Shown here: in pieces, positions 58,010 through 64,000 of the stretch
Layout: every line of letters begins with the position of its first letter
Numbering within the stretch: position 1 is the stretch's first letter
From: Escherichia phage UFV-AREG1
Sequence record: KX009778
Strand: one strand, 5' to 3'
Length of the DNA: 64,000 nucleotides
Made by a program: the position numbers and the translations under genes
Notes under the pieces: model-generated
Told to the model about the DNA's origin: nothing
What the model saw: only the letters and a program-made list of their open reading frames with translations
Databases searched by the model: none

Positions 58010-58460
58010 AATCCACCACTATTAAATCAATATCAGGAGTAAACATGTCGATTAATTTAGAAACCTTATCCCAATCACCGCCAGCAATACCACAACCTAT
58101 GCGTGGAATGTAAATTACTGGTTTAAACAAAAGGGTTTCTGCCTGTAGATTTAATTCTATCATGCAGTTTACTAAAGCACCATAATCAAGATTAGGACCC
58201 GGTTCGTATTGTGTATACAGGTTATAGCATATACCAAATCCTGTAGGATTATGTTTAAAAACAATAGACATATCGCCTAATTTATCACGAGAACCGTACT
58301 CAGTAGTGGTTTTATCTATTTCTAAAATTTTAGGATAGGCTCTTGCTAATTGACCCGCTACACCTGAACCCATAGTATGAAAACAGTTGCACCCGTGCGC
58401 AATAATATTACCTTGAAGAAATAGGGCGACAATATCGCCCTTGATATATTTTACAATCAT
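57981..58460 (-). CDS. macro-domain protein (ADP-ribose binding/processing), tk.4 position
   Basis: 159 aa; macro-like N-terminal pattern GNIIAHGCNCFHTMGSGVAGQLARAYP. Confidence 0.6.
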   Translation of the reverse strand: MIVKYIKGDIVALFLQGNIIAHGCNCFHTMGSGVAGQLARAYPKILEIDKTTTEYGSRDKLGDMSIVFKHNPTGFGICYNLYTQYEPGPNLDYGALVNCMIELNLQAETLLFKPVIYIPRIGCGIAGGDWDKVSKLIDMFTPDIDLIVVDYESTLPASV

Positions 58461-58798
58461 CTAGTACTCAATCCTCGATTATAAGAATCTACCAAACGGT
58501 CAACCATTGAATGACAAGCGGCTTTATCTTTCTCCTCCGCAACTGAACATTCTAAGGTATTCCACTTTTTAGCATATCGTTTTAATAAAGTATCGTTCTT
58601 GTATCTACTTGTTTTATCTCTTTCTCCGTCTTTATATGCATATATTAATTTCTGCGCAAATTCAGCTTGGCATGCTTTATTTTTCCCACAATAATCCGCG
58701 GCAGTACGGTTTACATACTCTCTAACTTCAGAATATGATATATCTGCTAACGCAGAAAATGAAATTAATCCTACACATAAAACCAAAATTTTAGTCAT
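58457..58798 (-). CDS. secreted protein (vs position)
   Basis: 113 aa with signal peptide MTKILVLCVGLISFSALA; synteny. Confidence 0.45.
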   Translation of the reverse strand: MTKILVLCVGLISFSALADISYSEVREYVNRTAADYCGKNKACQAEFAQKLIYAYKDGERDKTSRYKNDTLLKRYAKKWNTLECSVAEEKDKAACHSMVDRLVDSYNRGLSTR

Positions 58799-59336
58799 TT
58801 ACTATTTCCAAAAGTTTATTATTTTTAAGGTAGTTAGCCTTTTCTAGGACTTCAGAAGCATATTTAGAACCAGCTTTAACATTCCATCCCGAGTTATAAG
58901 AGGATATAGCTTTTCTTATATCACCCTTATGTATATTTAACCAATAAGAAAGTTCAATGTACGCCCAGGAAGCTGAATTGGACCGTTTATTCAACATTCT
59001 TTTTATTTCGGCATCGGTCATATTATAACCAAGTTCCTTAACTCTTGCTCGCATGGTCGGCAAATAATTTTGGAACATTCCGTAGGCATGATGCTTTGGT
59101 TTAGATTTTAAATTAACTCCGGCAGAGCTTTCTTGCCATAAAATAGCAGCCATTATATGACCTAATCCGCTTTTATGGATATTTTTGTGTGTTTTATATT
59201 TTCCATCCTTAGAAAATTGTTCCCCGAATTGATACGCGTAACGCATGTTATCGAGTTGGACATTACTGAAAGTATGCTCGGAGCTATGCGCCATCATTGA
59301 AATGGCCAATAGACCAGCGAGTAGTGCTTTTCTCAT
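58791..59336 (-). CDS. secreted lytic-transglycosylase-like protein (SLT domain)
   Basis: 181 aa; signal peptide MRKALLAGLLAISMMAHS; SLT-like catalytic segment AAILWQESSAG. Confidence 0.6.
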   Translation of the reverse strand: MRKALLAGLLAISMMAHSSEHTFSNVQLDNMRYAYQFGEQFSKDGKYKTHKNIHKSGLGHIMAAILWQESSAGVNLKSKPKHHAYGMFQNYLPTMRARVKELGYNMTDAEIKRMLNKRSNSASWAYIELSYWLNIHKGDIRKAISSYNSGWNVKAGSKYASEVLEKANYLKNNKLLEIVND

Positions 59337-59343
59337 GCTTACC

Positions 59344-59805
59344 TCATTGAGTTTTAATTACTGCTTTAGAAGCCTTTCCTGGTAAACGACGACTGTTGAT
59401 AATGGCCATCCTACATTGAAGTGACGGGTCTTTGAACTTCGCATTGGGTTTACAAACTGTAAATCCAAGCCAAAGATTTCCATCTGTGATTTCTAAACGC
59501 CCAGGACGATATTCAACCCCATCAATAAAATCCTCGTCAATGTCAGGACGCGGAGGCATACTCAGGAATTCATTAACTTCTAAAACATGGTCTTTTATTT
59601 TATGGAATAATTCAAAAACATATGTCTCATCAATCTCCCGTTGAATTGCACGATCAAGAAGATGCTGAGAATATTTTAGATGAAACGATGAGACCCCTGC
59701 TGCTTTTGATGCCTCACGAATCTCATTGTTAATTTGACGAAACTCCGACTCAAAGTGACGACGGAGCTTATTTCGACGGATAAAAACTTCTGTGTTGATA
59801 GTCAT
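59344..59805 (-). CDS. regB: RegB endoribonuclease
   Basis: 153 aa; MTINTEVFIRRNKLRRHFESEFRQINNEIREA matches T4 RegB as recalled; early promoter 59833-59862. Confidence 0.85.
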   Translation of the reverse strand: MTINTEVFIRRNKLRRHFESEFRQINNEIREASKAAGVSSFHLKYSQHLLDRAIQREIDETYVFELFHKIKDHVLEVNEFLSMPPRPDIDEDFIDGVEYRPGRLEITDGNLWLGFTVCKPNAKFKDPSLQCRMAIINSRRLPGKASKAVIKTQ

Positions 59806-59832
59806 GTTATTCTCCTCTTAACTGATAGAAAA

Positions 59833-59862
59833 ATTATACCACAGTCAAGAGGAAAAGTAAAC
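59833..59862 (-). promoter_or_regulatory. early promoter for regB
   Basis: minus strand GTTTAC-18-TATAAT then GAGGAG RBS. Confidence 0.55.
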
Positions 59863-59864
59863 AG

Positions 59865-60185
59865 TTATTCTTTAAATCTAATCAATTTATTCATAGACTT
59901 TGTAACTTCTGCACGAACCTCATGCAGGTTTTTAAGCTGTTCAAGACGCTGCTCATAGTAAGCAATTTCATCTTCTTCGAGACAGTCCTGTGAATCTTCT
60001 TTAAGATAACGTGCATAGTCCTGGAAAGCTTTACGGACTACTTCTTGGAAGTCATCAAGACTTTGAATTTTCTTAGGAGCAACAGATACACGACGAGGGG
60101 CAGTATAATACTCATAACCAAACCCTGCGCTTAATTGAGCCATTAATATTTTTCCTCTGGTTGGAACACAGCACGACAAGCCCAC
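59865..60185 (-). CDS. hypothetical protein (vs.3 position)
   Basis: 106-aa ORF. Confidence 0.45.
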   Translation of the reverse strand: MGLSCCVPTRGKILMAQLSAGFGYEYYTAPRRVSVAPKKIQSLDDFQEVVRKAFQDYARYLKEDSQDCLEEDEIAYYEQRLEQLKNLHEVRAEVTKSMNKLIRFKE

Positions 60186-60409
60186 ATACTGGCTTCTTTG
60201 AGTTTCGTTTTAGCAATAGTTAACTGATCGAGGCTTTCAGCATAATTCTTTGCGAATTCACAGTCTTCACAATTATCCAGTGCTTCCCAGAATTCATCAT
60301 ATAAAGCATCAAAGATAAGTCCTAAACGAACTTCAGCGTCTTTGATAGCATTCACCTTACCGATTTTCTCTTCAGTGTGCGGCTTATAACCTTTAATGTC
60401 TTCAATCAT
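60143..60409 (-). CDS. hypothetical small protein (vs.4 position; candidate Acb2-like cyclic-nucleotide sponge by synteny only)
   Basis: 88-aa ORF; position corresponds to T4 vs.4. Confidence 0.45.
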   Translation of the reverse strand: MIEDIKGYKPHTEEKIGKVNAIKDAEVRLGLIFDALYDEFWEALDNCEDCEFAKNYAESLDQLTIAKTKLKEASMWACRAVFQPEEKY

Positions 60410-60623
60410 ATTCTACTTCCTCACCAGTACCCAAATCATATTCAACTAAACGAATAGGTTCATGAATGCCATATCCTTGAACAGAAATTTCTGTCGTAGG
60501 ATAAATTCCATCAATATCACCCATATTCCACGCTTCGTTAAATTGCTGTTCGCCTGAATTACTAAACCACTCGGCGAAAGCATTTAGCACATCTTTAGAA
60601 CCTTCAATAATTATCTTTGCCAT
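60402..60623 (-). CDS. hypothetical small acidic protein
   Basis: 73-aa ORF. Confidence 0.45.
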   Translation of the reverse strand: MAKIIIEGSKDVLNAFAEWFSNSGEQQFNEAWNMGDIDGIYPTTEISVQGYGIHEPIRLVEYDLGTGEEVEYD

Positions 60624-60985
60624 TACAAACTCTTGGTGAATGTACGAGCGATAACGTCGCGCTGCTGTTCCGGAGTCAGAGAGTTAAAGCGAACTGCATA
60701 ACCGGATACACGGATGGTCAGCTGCGGATATTTTTCCGGATGCTTAACTGCATCTTCCAGAGTTTCACGACGCAGAACGTTAACGTTCAGATGTTGACCA
60801 CCTTCAACTTTAACTGTAGGCTGTTGCTCAATTTCAATTTCACGGGCATGCAAACCGTAGAAAATTTCTGGGTCTACAAAAGAGTCCTCTTTAAAGGTTT
60901 TAGAGACAATAATTCGTGCTTGAATACCATCTTCAAAATAAATAGTACCTTTATGTGTGCCTTCAAGAATTTGATATGCTTTCAT
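60623..60985 (-). CDS. autonomous glycyl radical cofactor (GrcA/YfiD-like spare part for pyruvate formate-lyase)
   Basis: 120 aa; C-terminal glycyl radical motif [13 protein letters not shown]. Confidence 0.75.
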   Translation of the reverse strand: MKAYQILEGTHKGTIYFEDGIQARIIVSKTFKEDSFVDPEIFYGLHAREIEIEQQPTVKVEGGQHLNVNVLRRETLEDAVKHPEKYPQLTIRVSGYAVRFNSLTPEQQRDVIARTFTKSL

Positions 60986-60992
60986 ATAAACC

Positions 60993-61373
60993 TCAATTAG
61001 AAAATAAATTTATCCAAGATTGTTCTTTAATTAAAAATGGCTCAGAATCATATGCCATTAAACTCTGCGTGATTAGTCCTTTAAAAGGTCCATCAATAAA
61101 TTCCATGGTAAAATATGGAATTTTATTCATTAGCCGTGCATTAGGAGCAGTACATAAAACTCTGCATCCTTTGAATACACCCTTTTGTAATTTGTATTGC
61201 TTGGGATAAAATTCGCTCAAAATGTTATTATTTGCTAAAATTTCAAAATGATTCACCAATTTATTTTTAATAGTTTTTGGCGAAAAATAAAGATATTCGA
61301 AAAGCTGTGTGTCTGTCATCATTGCATTCCGATTACGAAAAACTGTGGACGAGTAATACCACCAATACAACAT
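60993..61373 (-). CDS. hypothetical protein
   Basis: 126-aa ORF. Confidence 0.45.
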   Translation of the reverse strand: MLYWWYYSSTVFRNRNAMMTDTQLFEYLYFSPKTIKNKLVNHFEILANNNILSEFYPKQYKLQKGVFKGCRVLCTAPNARLMNKIPYFTMEFIDGPFKGLITQSLMAYDSEPFLIKEQSWINLFSN

Positions 61374-61858
61374 TTAATATTACAGCAGCAGTGTACAGTG
61401 TCAATATGGACACTATAAATCTTATCCATATCAGGAGATTTGACAGGCTCGTCAATTATATACAAAATTCGCGAAAGCGATAAACCTCTGAACTTGCTTC
61501 CTTTATTACCTATAAAACTACGCACAGAATCAGTAAATAAACGAAAACGTATATCATCATTAGAATAACGCGAAAATTCCTTTTTAATGTTATTTGCAGA
61601 AATTTTAGCGTAAGCTGAAGTATTAGAAAGAACAATAACTGTTCCACCGTCATACAACCAATTAGCGGCAAAATTAGTTACTGCAGTTGATTTACCAGAT
61701 TGACGTCCACCATCTAGTCGAAGTGTGCAATACTGCTTAAGTAAGTCTTCAAATGGCGGGATATATTCGTTTTTACAAATTTCTTCTACTCTAGCGTCAG
61801 AATGGTGTGTAAAAGCATTCATCAGGGATAGATAAGGACCAGTTAAAAATGTTCTCAT
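61319..61858 (-). CDS. P-loop-containing protein
   Basis: 179 aa with Walker A-like GGRQSGKST. Confidence 0.5.
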   Translation of the reverse strand: MRTFLTGPYLSLMNAFTHHSDARVEEICKNEYIPPFEDLLKQYCTLRLDGGRQSGKSTAVTNFAANWLYDGGTVIVLSNTSAYAKISANNIKKEFSRYSNDDIRFRLFTDSVRSFIGNKGSKFRGLSLSRILYIIDEPVKSPDMDKIYSVHIDTVHCCCNIKCCIGGITRPQFFVIGMQ

Positions 61859-62010
61859 TTCTTCTCTCTAAATTTGGGCCATTCCATGGCGCATGAATTG
61901 TCCATTTCTGTATTTACCCATTACCGCACTTGGGCTCGACCTTATTACAGGTTGGCGGGAATCCCTCACAGAATCATGAGGTCCAGCTTGTTCCCATATT
62001 TCTTATTTGC

Positions 62011-62484
62011 TTATTTGAATGATTTAACGTACTGAATAGAACCTTTACTATTCACAAAGGCAATTTTACCATTTTTGTTATACATGGTAGCAGTACGCTG
62101 ATAGCCATAAGTTTGTTTACCAGATTGATAACCAACTAATGCGAAATTATCTTCACCCATTTTATTCTGTTTAGCGCGAATACGTTCATGGCCATGTGCC
62201 ATAAGAACCTTAGCATCACCAGTTGCAATGGATCGACGAGTTTTTTCATCTTCAACTGTATTAACAAAATCGTCAAATGAATCAAATTTAGCATGAGATT
62301 TATTATACAGTTTTCCATCTACTGCATAATTATATCCTTGTACATCCATCTCAACTTCTGTACCATCATCCAATACAGCAGTGATTTTCTGACCTTTTTT
62401 AAATTTCAAAAGATCAGTAAAAGATTCAGCAATAATTTGAGAATTAATAGCTGCTTCAGTGATAAATTCTTGATATGTTTTCAT
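62011..62484 (-). CDS. internal protein (head-packaged) with capsid targeting sequence
   Basis: 157 aa; N-terminus MKTYQEFITEAAINSQIIAE resembles the CTS of T4 IPI/IPII/IPIII; lies in the IP locus upstream of e. Confidence 0.7.
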   Translation of the reverse strand: MKTYQEFITEAAINSQIIAESFTDLLKFKKGQKITAVLDDGTEVEMDVQGYNYAVDGKLYNKSHAKFDSFDDFVNTVEDEKTRRSIATGDAKVLMAHGHERIRAKQNKMGEDNFALVGYQSGKQTYGYQRTATMYNKNGKIAFVNSKGSIQYVKSFK

Positions 62485-62538
62485 ATGTTTCCTTTAAATA
62501 TTTTAATTAGTAATTTGTCTCTTCAAGCAACTGTGAAT

Positions 62539-62568
62539 ATACTATCACAATTCTAGGAGAAAGTAAAC
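62539..62568 (-). promoter_or_regulatory. early promoter for internal protein gene
   Basis: minus strand GTTTAC-18-TAGTAT. Confidence 0.5.
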
Positions 62569-62572
62569 AACT

Positions 62573-63541
<969 letters not shown>

Positions 63542-63560
<19 letters not shown>

Positions 63561-63904
63561 TCACTCACAAACTCTTTCATTGATTCATTTTCAATATAAG
63601 ACATGTAGCTATTATATTCTTTTAATTGTATTTTGTAATCCTTTTTTCTTTGCCAATTTATTTTAAAATTATCATAATGAAAATATAACATGGTACCAAA
63701 GAATGAAAATAATGAAATAATTTTAGTATAGTGAAGTTCACTCCAAACTTCTGTTATATTTACTGTGCCGTCGATGTTTAAAATAAGACAGTCAATTAAC
63801 AATCCAAAAAGACTACCCGCAAGAGCTGCAGCCAACGCCACAGCAAAAATTAAAAATGACTCAGGAAGCGAATATTTGACTTTATTTAGTTTTGGCTTTT
63901 GCAT
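63542..63904 (-). CDS. membrane protein
   Basis: 120 aa with two hydrophobic helices. Confidence 0.45.
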
Positions 63905-64000
63905 CGTGATTCCTTAACAAATTTCATAATTTCATCAAATTCATATGCAGCAAGTTTAAGCTGGTGTTCCTTTTTAATCTTTTTACACTGCGCTTTCCAA
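63886..64000 (-). CDS. partial ORF (C-terminal fragment, continues beyond window)
   Basis: open frame from window edge ending ...KFVKESRCKSQN, stop overlapping next start. Confidence 0.3.
   Translation of the reverse strand, partial: WKAQCKKIKKEHQLKLAAYEFDEIMKFVKESRCKSQN

Noticed and set aside
60617-61000. 127-aa plus-strand ORF
   Set aside because: Antisense within the glycyl-radical cofactor gene.

Overview
This window is the start of a T4-like (Tevenvirinae) coliphage genome: about 115 tightly packed genes, nearly all on the minus strand, running from rIIA through the DNA replication/recombination and nucleotide-metabolism clusters to lysozyme e and nudE. Calls rest on my recall of T4 protein sequences, lengths and gene order, plus motifs read directly from the translations; no database search was run. 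Confidently recognised genes: rIIA, topoisomerase II large subunit (39), dexA, dda, modA/modB, soc, 56, 61, sp, dmd, 41, uvsX, 42, imm, 43, regA, 62, 44, 45, 46, 47, a-gt, 55, nrdG, nrdD, 49, nrdC, rI, tk, regB, e, nudE. The phage is clearly not T4 itself: gene 39 is a single 606-aa ORF (no gene 60 split), the beta-gt slot holds an unrelated 282-aa DXD glycosyltransferase, denV is absent, and only one homing endonuclease is present, which points to a T2/T6-like relative. Regulatory structure is regular: many sigma70-type early promoters (GTTTAC -35, TATAAT-like -10), GC-rich stem-loops with UUCG-type tetraloops, and TATAAATA late promoters upstream of soc and e. Several stem-loop plus promoter pairs recur as near-identical cassettes flanking small ORFs. 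The most interesting candidates for undescribed biology are a four-gene paralogous family with C-terminal coiled coils (45194-49159) and a cassette-flanked block encoding a P-loop ATPase and a nucleotidyltransferase-fold protein (50622-53341). No tRNA, rRNA or CRISPR array was found.
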